DNA of 63,790 nucleotides, the filler included, from Octopus bimaculoides (lineage: Eukaryota): assembly GCF_001194135.2 (NCBI RefSeq). It is 6 parts of 6 records of this genome, joined end to end, with 100 filler letters (N's around TTAATTAATTAA, not from the genome) between each part and the next. Parts side by side here need not be neighbours in the genome. Positions count along the whole stretch, not along the records: positions 32,200 to 41,527 come from NC_068996.1; positions 41,628 to 55,685 come from NC_068986.1; 4 more parts are not named here. The stretch is one strand, 5' to 3'. Position numbers and translations under genes: made by a program. Position 1 is the first letter of the stretch, and each line of letters starts with the position of its first letter. Shown one piece after another: positions 38,900 through 51,791 of the stretch. The notes under the pieces were generated by a model. The model searched no databases. It saw nothing but the letters and a program-made list of their open reading frames with translations, and was not told the origin of the DNA.

Positions 38900-39700
38900 C
38901 TTACAACTTCTGTTTACTACAGGTGTATGATCTCCTATTCCTACCTCAACTTCAACTCCTCCCATCCACCCACAGCAAACTATCCATCCCCTATTCTCAA
39001 TTCCTCCATTTCTACCAGCTCTGTAGTGATCACCATGAATTTGAGTTACAGTCTCAATTCATGGTCTGCTACTTTACTCACTGAGAATACCCACTCCCAC
39101 TTGTAATCCAAGACACCCCTCACTTGGTCTATTGATCCTGTATTAGCCCTCTCTCCCCATGCTCATGCCATTGTCCCCATAACTTAGCAGTTCAGCAAAA
39201 TAAATTGATAGAATAAGTTGTCTCCCTTTCCTTCTTACCTATCAGCCCTCCACACACTTCAATCTAACCTCACTAACTCTCATATTTTCTGCAAGTCACC
39301 CTTCCCTTTCCTTTAAATGTGGCCATCACCTATGTGACTTACTGGTCCATAGCTCTTTCTCCACTCCTGCAACGCATCCTGGTTCCTTTGCTTGCTCATG
39401 CTGACACTGCCACACTTGTCCTTTTCTCTCAAACACCACCATTTTCACTGGTATTCACCACCACTCCCTCCATGTCAATGGCCCCTTCACAAGCACCAAC
39501 AGTAATCTCATTTACTGCATCCTCTGCTCTTTTTGTCTCTCCCTTTACATTAGACAAACTGACCAACACCTGACTGAACATTTTGCCAAATACTTATAGG
39601 ATATAAGACACACTTCTACTCAGTCATTTCCCTTCAACATTTGTCTGTACTGATCTTGTACACTGGTCCTCCAAAACTCCTGTCTCCTAGAGGAGAAATT
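38900..39700 (+). mobile_element. Second, distinct decayed Penelope-like remnant (RT C-terminus plus GIY-YIG)
   Basis: SYLNFNSSHP(P)...SKLSIPYSQFLHFYQLCSDHHEF resembles the PLE RT C-terminal motif. TSTNSNLIYCILCSFCLSLYIRQTDQHLTEHF at about 39490-39590 resembles the GIY-YIG motif NLIYCI.C..C...YIG.T. Confidence 0.7.
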
Positions 39701-40181
39701 AATTCTTATCAGTCCAGACTTCAGTTCTCAATGGTCTAAATTCTCAATCACTTTTCATTTAACTCCATTTTATTTTCATTTCACACACACACACACACAC
39801 ACACACCACACACCTCTTACATCTCCACAGTCCTCTTAACAAACTCCACACACACTTACACTATAGTGTTTAACAAAATACCCAACACCATACACACCGA
39901 TATGTTTAAGCAGAATACACATACGTGTGTCCTTGCATTTGTGTTTGTCCCCCACCTATATTTGACAACTAGTGTTGGTTTGTATATGTCCCCCATAACT
40001 TAGCAATTCAGCTGTAGGCAATATGTGTTTTTTGTGGGGTCTGGGGTTGGCAAATGGACGGGCTGCCCCAGGCGACACACACTCTAGCTACGTTAGTGTG
40101 TTTGAATTAATCTTTCTAGGCTGTGTCCCAGCATGCCTGCAGTCTAATTACTAAAACAATTGAAAAATAAGCAATAAAAGA

Positions 40182-40289
<108 letters not shown>

Positions 40290-41460
40290 CAGATAGATAA
40301 ATGAAATATACACATACAGACAGAAGAAGGGAAAAAGATAAAGATTGACAAAAAACTCTATTTTATAGATGAATCCTGATGATGTTATGTGCCTGAAGCT
40401 CTCATGAAAAAAGCACTGTAAACAAAAACAAAAAAGACTGCAAAGAAACAAACAAAAAAAGGTGCACGTCTATGCAGAAACATCCACATACATACAGAGC
40501 ATGCATACTCAAGCTTCCACACTAGTGTGCATATATACTCATGCATGCACATGGGTGCACACACAAACGCACGCATTCATATACATGCACATATACATGT
40601 AACCTGATATACAACACTCTGATGACACTTCCCTTTTCGTTGTTTTATGCTGCAATTGGTGTCATTAGTTACAAACTTCCTATGGGCCAATCATCTATAC
40701 CCTGTATTTATGCCAGTGAGACCAATGAAGGAGTGCCTAACTCAAACAGTAACAAGGGATTTCACTCACAGAAACTAGGTTTTTCAGTTTCCTTGCTGTT
40801 TGTCAAAAGATATATTTATATATATATATATATATATATATTTGTTTATAGAAAAACATGTAATTGTAACCAATATAGCAAGAGATTTCACCGCAAAAAG
40901 TCTAAAGTAGACTCCTTAAGGATCGTTCTCCTTGGTTATATATCCAAAGTTTTAAATTTAAAGGAGAGTTTTGATGCTAATATCCATTATTATTGAAATT
41001 TATTCCTATGTCAACATTTCTGAATAAGGCTATAATTGACTGTCAAATTTAAGTCAAACATATAACTTGCCTTACACGTCTTCAGAGAAAAAAGTTAGGA
41101 GCAAAATATTAAGAACCAAAGGTAAATACCAACACACACACACACACACACACACATACAGACACACATATATACATATATACGACGGGCTTCTTTCAGT
41201 TTCCGTCTACCAAATATATATATATATATGAATATATATCTGACATATTATGTCAGGCAGCTCTTGATTACTAGTGGTAACATGTAACCCAGTACAACCT
41301 GTTGCGAGGTCGGGTCATCAACAACTAAACTGACAACTCCACGAAGCTTACTTGGAGAGGAGGGTGATTGTTAGACGACACCCTGCAGGACAAAAGATAA
41401 GACCTGTGAAAGGGTGGAAGAGTTCATGAGGAGTCAACAGCCATCCAAAGTTATGTGTAC

Positions 41461-41491
<31 letters not shown>

Positions 41492-41709
41492 TGTATGTAT
41501 GTATATATATATATATATATATATATANNNNNNNNNNNNNNNNNNNNNNNNNNNNNNNNNNNNNNNNNNNNTTAATTAATTAANNNNNNNNNNNNNNNNN
41601 NNNNNNNNNNNNNNNNNNNNNNNNNNNCTCTAATACATTCTTAACGGAACATACCTCAACACTACACACACACACACACACACACACAGACACACACAGA
41701 CACACACAG

Positions 41710-41763
<54 letters not shown>

Positions 41764-44254
41764 ATATATATATAGGGAGAGAGAGAGAGAGACTTATGTC
41801 TATAAGTATATACGGGGGCATACATATATGTGTGTGTGCTTGTGTGTAATGAGGTGTCTATGTCTGTGCGTGTTCACTATTGCTATATCAGTAAATATTC
41901 CAATTAACTAATACGTTGTGCTACTTAAATATGTGACATCCATAATCCTAATTTGCAGTCTAATATAAAATACGCAAGAGATTAGTGTAGTAGTTGATAC
42001 TGAAAAGTACATATTAATGTTTCTATGTAAGCAAAAACAATCATGAATTTCTGATTGTATACTTAAAAATGTTTGCAATATTTTGGGGGTCGATAAAATC
42101 CGTACCAGTTAAGCACTCGCGTTGATGCAATCAACTTAGCCCTTCTCCCAAAATTACGGGTCATTTGCCAACATTTTAAACCAATATCTATATCTGCTTT
42201 ATTCTTCCTTTTGCATTGAAACCTCTGTACGATGTATGCAAATTCTTTTCTAATGTTAATATAAACCAGCTCTTATCTACTAGGCCGCATTGTTATATAC
42301 ACTTATCAAGACAATATATACACAAATATAACTCGTAAATATTAGGTAATTTTTCGTGAAAATTATAACGTTATTATCAAAATAATCATTTCGAAAATTG
42401 AAATGGCTCACATGCTTATGTTAGAATAAAGTCTATCGATAATCGTCAGCTACGTTGCATGGAAATAATTTTCAAACAACGGTAACTCATATCAATACGA
42501 ATAACTAATTATGCTAGTTTAAGCAAATCTTCAAACCAGTAATAATACACGCTTCAAATGCGAATGTTATTTGCGACCAATAATTTATACTTTATTACTA
42601 AATTTTCTTTCTCCATATAATTCATAATCAATACACTTTCCGTGAATATAGCTGCCAACATCTTATACTTCCCGGTACATCATCTCTTTGACACTATTAA
42701 ACTGGTTTGACTGCTTCTGTAATGTACAAACGAAGGCCAAGATATCTACTACTCTTTAAACCTACAAGGAAAATCTAATTTTAGTACAGTGACCTCGTTA
42801 TGATTTATAGAATGATTTTATTCGGACATGTAAACTTTTTCTAATAGTGAACTGACAACAAATTCTCATGCCATTCTACTGCACTACGCAGGCATGGTCG
42901 GAACTACTTGAAAATGTTTCAAAAATAATTATAAATATATTTTCGTAAGTAAAGTGATTTTTCTGTTATTAATAGTAGTGAAGTTTCTAAAAATTAAAAG
43001 TTACACTAATTACTATTTCTTCTCACCAAAGATAGCTTTCAAGTTAATTCTGCAAAATTGGTGAATGTAAGAGAAAACAAAAGTGTATTTCTTTCATTAA
43101 TGCAATCGATTCGCATTGTTGTATTTCGTGCTGTAAAAGAAAATGTTGAATTGATTAACATTGTTTATATATAAATCAATTATTGGTTTATATAAAAAAG
43201 ATCTGCAATCTAAAATCAGGGCATTTATTGAAATAAAAAATAAATAAATATATATATATGTACCTGTGTTTGTGTGAGTGAAATACAACGATAGAATATT
43301 TCATCCTTGTCGTATGAGTGAATATATATGTATGTGTGTGTATTTTGTGTGTGTGGGTATGTGTGTGTTTGTGTGTAAGTGTGTGTGTGTATGTGTGTTT
43401 GAAAAATAACGATAAATATTTTACCGTTACTTTTCTTTGGAGTGTAATTTATGCGTATAACAGATTTATAAACAACAGACTATATATTTTCAGCATTGTG
43501 CCCTGCATTTTTATGAAATGAAGCTTTTTTTCCCAAAAATAGTCCATCTCCCTTCAATATAGTACTATAGTGTGTATATTAGAATATATAGCACTATTAC
43601 AACAAAGTGTATTTCTAACAAAGGCGTGTAGTTTCTGAAATTTATGTAAACAGATAATTGATTATCTGAAAATATCAGATAATTAGAAATAAATCATTTG
43701 AAATAAGAAATATAAAGCATCATGCTGGAAGGGTTGGCTATTAAAACACTACCAAGCAGGTGTAATTGATCTGAATGAGTGAACAAGTTTTATTTTTTTA
43801 AAATTGTCGCCAAATGACACCTCAAGAAGTAGTGATATATGAGGTAACATTAGTAGCTTTCTGTTTCTTTGTATACAAATCTTCCACGATGTAACACATT
43901 CACTCTCCAAACACGGGCTCACATTATTTCACATGCCAGACAAGAGCAACACGGTATCTTAAAATGTTCTTTACTGAGTATATGTAGAATCACAGAATAT
44001 TGGGAGAAAATATGAACACCAGTAACGAAAAGAATATAAATATTTATTTGTTTTCCATTCATGTATACTTTCCACTAATTTTGAAGGACAATATGCATTC
44101 AAAGGATGTATAACATTGGCAAATACCGTTCTATATGTAAAGGAATACATTTTAATATTATTGTTCGTAAAGTGAAAGAGTATTACAATTTAACTGCAGC
44201 AAATGTACAAATTAAACGAACCAATTTTTTTTCAGTTTTTATTTTCAAACCATA

Positions 44255-44660
44255 GGCTGTGTAGTAAATAAACTTGCTTACGAACCACATGCTTCCCGGT
44301 TCAGTGACACTACGTGGCACCTTGGGCAAGTGTCTTCTACTATAGCCCCGAGCCGACCAAAGCCTTGTGAGTGGATTTGGTAGACAGAAATTGAAAGAAG
44401 CCCGTCGTATATATGTATGTGTTATATGTTTCTGTATGTGTATATGTTTGTATGTCTGTGTTTGTCCCCCCAACATCGCTCGATAACAGATGCTGGTGTG
44501 TTTACGTCCCCATAACTTATCAGTTCGGCAAAAAAAACCGATAGAATAAGTAGTAGGCTTACAAAGAATTAATCCTGGGTTCGATTTGCTCGACTAAAGG
44601 CAGTGCTCCAGCATGGCCACAATCAAATGACTGTACCAAGTAAAATAGTAAAAGAGGAAA
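44255..44660 (+). mobile_element. SINE family B, near full length
   Basis: ggctgtgtagtaaataaacttgc..ggttcagtgacactacgtggcaccttgggcaagtgtcttctactatagccccgagccgaccaaagccttgtgagtggatttggtagac through to aaatgactg. Confidence 0.85.
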
Positions 44661-47600
44661 CAATGACAACTTTTAACCTCGGTGAAAGAAAAAGATAGAA
44701 GAGGCAATTGCTGAAAGTTATATGACAAATGTGGATTTGGTGGCTTGGCATCCATTTTTTTGTTCCCACTTTTAATAATGGTGTGTGAAAATTGTTTTAT
44801 AATATATCGAGTGCGTGAAAAGATAAAGGAAATTTTTCAACACACTTTATTTACTATAGATCAAAATGTCATAGATAACCTGAACAATCTTGAGTACTAG
44901 ACATCTGGTCTCATTAAAATGATTAACTTTTCACTATATGACATAATTGTTCTCTTTCATGTGAATATAGTTATATTCAACTGCATGTTTGCGTTCCAAA
45001 ATTGCAATTTTGGAAAATAATATTGCAAATGAATGCTGTCAGCGAGCCGTGAATAAATAATATTTGTAGAATATTTGATACTCAAAGTGTATTAGAAATA
45101 TAAACAAGTTGATATTCATTTATGAAAATTTTGATGCCATCTTAAAGGATTCTACATGCCTTTTGAACCTCTTGAGTCCTTTCATCTAGGGAATAACATG
45201 TTTGCATTTCTGTGAACATATCTTCGTTAACCTTAAGCACATGATTTTGTTATCTTCGTATCCGAAATACTATTTGCATTATTGATGACATGTTTATATA
45301 TCAAAGGAAACTGAGGTAAGCCTGATTAATTCGTAAGCTAATGTATTCTGGTGTTCAGGATCTGTTAGCCTATTGCAAACCATCAAAGTCCGTTCTTAAA
45401 AGAGTTCTATATCACATGTATTTTTTATTTAGTCTTCGTAAACTTACGTCAACTTTCCTCATATGTCAAATCATTAATATATATATTTTTAAACATATTC
45501 AATCTATGTCAATGCTTCGAGGAAATGTGAAAGCAACATATTGATTGCTGTCAACATAATTTGCTTATCATGTTTCATTGAAGTGGGAGAACATTTCAAG
45601 TGTTTCCGTGTACTGGCCTTCCATATACATGACTGAAGATGAACACCTACCAGGTACAGCACTTTGTTTGTAATTTTTAGATATTTTCTCATTCTAGAAT
45701 GTTATCTCGAAAGGTGCACAAATTATACGCTCCATTATTTTCACGTCACCCTCTCTCTTTAAGACTATATTATTTCTAATCAGGAAGAATGATGCGTGAA
45801 GTTAGGAATGGAAATACCAACTATATTTACTAGGAAATAAATAAATACGAATCACACGATACGTATGTTAGGTAATTAAGTAAATTAATCTAAAACATCG
45901 AAAATACGGAATGCATACAGGCGTAAATAAGGCGTTGAATGAAGATTGCAGCCAAACGTTGATGGACTAGAATGTTTTCTAAAATTTAAATCGCTAAGAC
46001 TTGAGAATGTATGTTTGTACTGAAGTCAAAAGCTTTTATAACCATATACTGATAAGAAGACTGCTTCATAAAAATGATTATCCTAATTTTATATCAAAAA
46101 CGAAAGGTCACCATCGGTTAAATTCATATATCGAACATATCACTTATATGCTTTGAACGAACAGCAATACTTCAAGAAATGCTGGAACATATTCTTTTCA
46201 ATAATGTTGCTATAGTATCTCTCTGCCCACAAAAATAAAACCTACAAAAGGATGTTGTATTTAGCTTTATTATAGATTTAAATCAATATTAAAAAAAAAT
46301 CTATAATATAATGAGATGTCGACATGACGTGTAGGCTATGAGTCACGGCATTGCTAAATCAATACCTTGCAGTTCCAAACCGTTTATTATCATCTACGGC
46401 CCTAATGAATGGAAAAGTGTCAAGTACTTCAAACATACCATTTTCGTCAATAAATATGTTGAATCAAAATGGAGAACAGATTTTATCAACCTGATGACGA
46501 GAGCAAGAGTTGGCCCCTGGCAAATAAATCGAATCCACAATGAAGTTTTAATTTCCTGTTTGAAGCGATCCACTTCATGTGAGGAGATAGTTCGAATGGG
46601 AAAAACCTTGTCACTTTATCAAGATTTTGCTTTCTAAGATAAAGATTTATCATACGAGCCACAGGTAGAAAATATGGTGGGAAGAAGGGCAATTTGAAGT
46701 GGGGGGGGGAGTGCAGCATNNNNNNNNNNGGGGGGGGGGGAGTGCAGCATTTTCCTAAGGATGAAACGTCAATAGTTTTGTTACAAATATGGGATTTCTC
46801 CTTTATCAGTGTATACATCTTACTCGCATTATGTTCCTACTTTCTCTATTCTTTTCTGAAATAATTCTATTCTAAGCAATCAAAGAGTAGACGTCAATTT
46901 GGAGAACAACACCAAAGGATTTCAGTAAAAGGCGTCGAAACCTACATATTTAGAGTTAGTCTATCGATATCCCAAATATAGAAGTCAGTCTCCCTTGAGA
47001 AAACTGGAGACATCGTAAACAAATCAATTATATACTGCATGACATTTTAAATTTGGCTAGTGAAATGTTCGTTATGAATTCAAATTGGGGCATTCGCGGG
47101 AGTGTTGTGGGGTAGATAAGTAAACATATTGAAGCATTCTACAAATCCATTTAAACAGAGTCACAGGATGAAGAAACAGGAATGGTATTTAAAATTGATA
47201 GGAGTGGTGGAGAAGGAGGTGGAAGATAATGTATTTTCGTCAAAATATTAGCCTTAGTTTTAACCGTCGATTTCGTAGTAGTAATTTAATTTTAAAATCT
47301 AAGGACAGCGAAGTAAGTAAAAGGTAGCAGTAGTTGTTTCAATCCGAGATTATATAAATGCCTATAAGCGCAGCCGCGCGCTTATGTTGAGCGTCTGAAG
47401 AAACTACTAGGTTTTTACGCGTGCGTGTATATTTGTATATTATTATGTATGGATGGGATGTGTGTGGAGATAGCAAATTTATTAAAATTCATAAAGTATG
47501 TAGGAAAACAGGCGGAGAATATAAAAGAATAATGAAATACATCTATAAAGAGATACATATGTATATATGCTCGTACAAATGTTACATTGAAACATACTAA

Positions 47601-47899
47601 TGGATAAAACGTATAGAAGTTCTGTAGGAAAATAGAAAAATAATCGTAAAACCTACGCTTATGTCATAATAGTAAAAACAAACAGCAAAAATAGTAAAAA
47701 CAAATAGTAAAAATAGTAAAAACAACACAAATTATCTCGCCGTTACTGACACTGAAATTCAATGGTCAAAACTCTTTAGCAGTAAAGTTTAAAAAACATT
47801 TTTTCAACCTAACTCAATATATATTGGTAAGTAAATATGAAAAATCTTAAAAAAGATTAGAAGATATTCGTGTTGTCGGTATATAATTGATATATACAT

Positions 47900-47937
<38 letters not shown>

Positions 47938-48394
47938 ATATTATTAGGGACAAAATCCAAAATTACAGGTAAAAAACTCAATTAAAATCNNNNNNNNNNN
48001 NNNNNNNNNNNNNNNNNNNNNNNNNNNNNNNNNNNNNNNNNNNNNNNNNNNNNNNNNNNNNNNNNNNNNNNNNNNNNNNNNNNNNNNNNNNNNNNNNNNN
48101 NNNNNNNNNNNNNNNNNNNNNNNNNNNNNNNNNNNNNNNNNNNNNNNNNNNNNNNNNNNNNNNNNNNNNNNNNNNNNNNNNNNNNNNNNNNNNNNNNNNN
48201 NNNNNNNNNNNNNNNNNNNNNNNNNNNNNNNNNNNNNNNNNNNNNNNNNNNNNNNNNNNNNNNNNNNNNNNNNNNNNNNNNNNNNNNNNNNATATATATA
48301 TAGATAGATAGATAGATAGATAGATAGATGGATAGATAGATAGATACATACATACATACATACATACATACATACATACATACATACATACTTA

Positions 48395-48800
48395 CATAAG
48401 GATTTGGTTTAGAGAAGAGAAACTCTACACAGGTGTGGAAATTAGCTACCCATCAGATGTTAAGATATAGCAGAAGACCAATGAAAAAGAGAACATCAAT
48501 GATAAACTATTGAGAAATCTGCAGTTACTCTATACATATTACAGGTTCGGGTTTATACCTGTAATTATTGGGGCTCTGGGACGTGTAGCACAATGCCTAA
48601 ATACCGATCTTGAGAAATTAGGTTTCTCAAAACCATAAAGGAGAAAGCTAAATCGATGAAAAAAGATCCAGTCCATCACTGGAACTGTAAAAATCTGTAA
48701 AACATTCAAGCCATTTATCATCTAAATATATATGAGCATGCCTAGATATGAAACTATATGCATGAAAATACATATAACATACATACATACATACATACAT
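48395..48800 (+). mobile_element. Second R4/Dong-like REL endonuclease 3' fragment (different subfamily), flanked by (CATA)n
   Basis: EKENINDKLLRNLQLLYTYYRFGFIPVIIGALGRVAQCLNTDLEKLGFSKP...IQSITGTVKICKTF, with stops. (CATA)n immediately upstream (48347-48395) and downstream (48776-48800). Confidence 0.7.
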
Positions 48801-49669
48801 AGAAAAAACCACCCCGTTGTTGATATTGAAATTCCAATACAGGAGCAGTGGGTCTAGGTTAGAAACCAGTTGTTTCTCTATTGGCAAGAAATCTTGAAAT
48901 AAACTGAATAATGACATACATACATTAAGAGTTGTCGAAAAAAAATCGTAGCGGTATTATCTAGCGTGTAGACATAATATAGCCAGAAAACTTTATAAGT
49001 CCACCGGAAAGATAACTCTGCAAGTGTATATAGAAGGTTGAGCAGGATAGCATTAGTTTAGTAGTTACTCAGTTGCATAGTCTTGCAAATGATGATAGCT
49101 TCTTTTCCCAGTTTCCCAATGTTTCGTTCTCAATCATCAAAGAAAATCTGGATGTTTGGGGCGTTGCATTTCTAACGGTAGATTTTGACGGAAGATTCCT
49201 CAGCAGAGACATGTTCTTTAGGTCCTATGTATATTGCCACAGAGTGTACTTACGGTGTAAAGTGCATTGCATATAGAACGAGTGATTCTATACAACATGT
49301 AGGCCGGCAAACATATTTTCACACATTCTGAGGAAATTGATAAAGTATCTTAATTTTCTATTTACAACACGTACATGTTAGGTGAGAAAGCTTTAGAGGA
49401 CCTATCGCCTTATCACATTACCGAAGAAATAGTTGAACTAAGGAAAATCACTGCAGTTGATACACTAGCAGTTGAGTTTATTTGCTAGAATCAATGTGTT
49501 AATCTAGTTACAGCAGGCATTGATTACCTCAGTAATTGTTACATCAGTAATGCGGTTACATCAGAAATGGTTCCCCGGTTCCATAGTATTGGGTAGGTGT
49601 TGATATATCAAATGAAAACTATAGTAACTTTCTTCGAATGTGCATATCTGCATCTTTTGCTGACTTATT

Positions 49670-49870
49670 TTACCTTTTGTTCTCACAGTCATTAGATTGC
49701 AGATATGCTTGGGCACCACTTCAGTCGAATGAATCGAGACCAGTAACTATTTTCACCAAATCCATTCACAAGGCTTTGGTCCGCTCGAAACTATAGTAGA
49801 AGATATTTGCCCAAGGTGCCACGCAGTGGGGCAGAACGCAGCAACACGTGGTTGGGGAGCAAACTTTAAG
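49670..49870 (-). mobile_element. SINE family B, internally deleted
   Basis: cagtcattagattgcag..gggcac joined to accaaatccattcacaaggctttggtc..gaagatatttgcccaaggtgccacgcagtggg. Confidence 0.75.
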
Positions 49871-51501
49871 CATACATATGGTCTATCATTGTCCTATTGT
49901 AGACTTAGATCAGATAGAAGAACAGAAGATATAATCATTTGTGTTAGACATTTGCAAAAGTAGTGCATAGGAAAGATTTCACAGATTTCTAAGTATTCTT
50001 TGATCTAAAAGAAAATGATTTCTTAAGTGAATCCCAAATCAATGCGAATTATTTTGGAAATTTCGCCATGCAAATCCCATTTGTTGCTTTAACGCCTGCG
50101 TTCCCATATTAATGACGAGCTAACTGAACTAGAATAGTGCGCTGGTGTTTTCATTAGAAAACATTTAAAATGGCTCTCCACATGTTCCACAATTCGTAAT
50201 ATTATTACATTTAAGAACTGTGATCTAAGAATATTTGCCGACAAATTTTGCATCGTTTCCAAACTAGAAAAAATACACACATATACACTACGTACACCTA
50301 TATTTTATGTGTGGCATGCTAATGATTGTAAGTTTGAGGCATACTCGATGTAAAGTTTATAGAAAAATATTGAAACATGTCTTCGGCATTTTACATCTGG
50401 GCATGAAAATAACTATTTTCGTACCTACTTAAAGATAAACATATCTGGGTGAAACCAAATTTATTTGTTCAATGAACTATAAGTGATGTGGGGGATTCAT
50501 TGGTCTATCACGGAAACCTGATAAAGTAAAAAGTTTGACTCTGTCAGGAACATTGTGGAAACTAGTTTGGTCAAACAGGGTCTTGAAACGGTCCACCAAA
50601 ATTTGCATCTAAGACATTTGCGTCACAAAATTTGTGTAACATTCATTTTAGATATGTATCTATTATAGATGATATAACAGAATTTTAGAGAGGTTTAAGA
50701 TGATAGGTTAATTATGTATTGCAAACATTACATAGAAATCTTTTAGAAGTGACCAGAATTCTTGGACAAGGCGTTGTGTCTCATAATATTCAACTCACTT
50801 CATCAAGGAGCATATGCAGTGAGTTAGTCATATCGCATAACTGGGGGACTTCAGATTTTCGAATCTGTAACTCTATGAATAATATATATCAGATGCTTGT
50901 ATTTAGATGTCTTGTGTTTACTCGCTTGATTTTATCTCGTATATTTATATCATCTGACTCTAATTTACAGTTAAAAGGTTATTTTTCAAATTACAAAGTT
51001 TAGTCATAAAATATATTGATAATTCAATTTATGGTCGCTTATATCAAGATGGATTTTTCATTCTAATTTTGCCTTGATAAATACCCTCTCAAAAATATTG
51101 CCTACTTTATGTTTTCGGAAACTACAGTCAACTTCCATTACATATTACACTAAAATAAGCAAAATACTATGTGCTGATATACATATAAACACACACACTG
51201 TCACACATTTACACACAAACTTACAGACTTACACACACACACACGCGCACATGCGGACGAACATTTATATGTATTTATGTATGTACAGACGTTCTTATAG
51301 TCGTGTATATGTTTTAGTGTGTGACGATCTCTGGTTTTGTGCGTGTATGAAATATATAACATATCAGTAAAACCAAATACATCTACACAGTCACCGAAGT
51401 ACAAAGACGCAGACAAATTCGCATGCAGCGATACATACATACATACATACATACATACATGTACATATATATACATATACATACACATTTAGAAATGTGT
51501 G

Positions 51502-51533
<32 letters not shown>

Positions 51534-51758
51534 NNNNNNNNNNNNNNNNNNNNNNNNNNNNNNNNNNNNNNNNNNNNNNNNNNNNNNNNNNNNNNNNNNN
51601 NNNNNNNNNNNNNNNNNNNNNNNNNNNNNNNNNNNNNNNNNNNNNNNNNNNNNNNNNNNNNNNNNNNNNNNNNNNNNNNNNNNNNNNNNNNNNNNNNNNN
51701 NNNNNNNNNNNNNNNNNNNNNNNNNNNNNNNNNNNNNNNNNNNNNNNNNNNNNNNNNN

Positions 51759-51791
<33 letters not shown>

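Noticed and set aside
46699-46750. Direct repeat gggggggagtgcagcat on both sides of a 9-N gap
   Set aside because: Typical unmerged contig overlap at a homopolymer.
47364-47410. 8-bp GC-rich hairpin followed by CTAG, resembling a Helitron 3' end
   Set aside because: CTAG is followed by G rather than T, the spacer is long, and no 5' TC end or second copy was found.
49254-49327. 74-nt minus-strand segment with good acceptor and donor (CVKICLPAYMLYRITRSICNALYT in one frame)
   Set aside because: Stop codon in phase 0, so incompatible with the receptor donor, and no recognisable homology.
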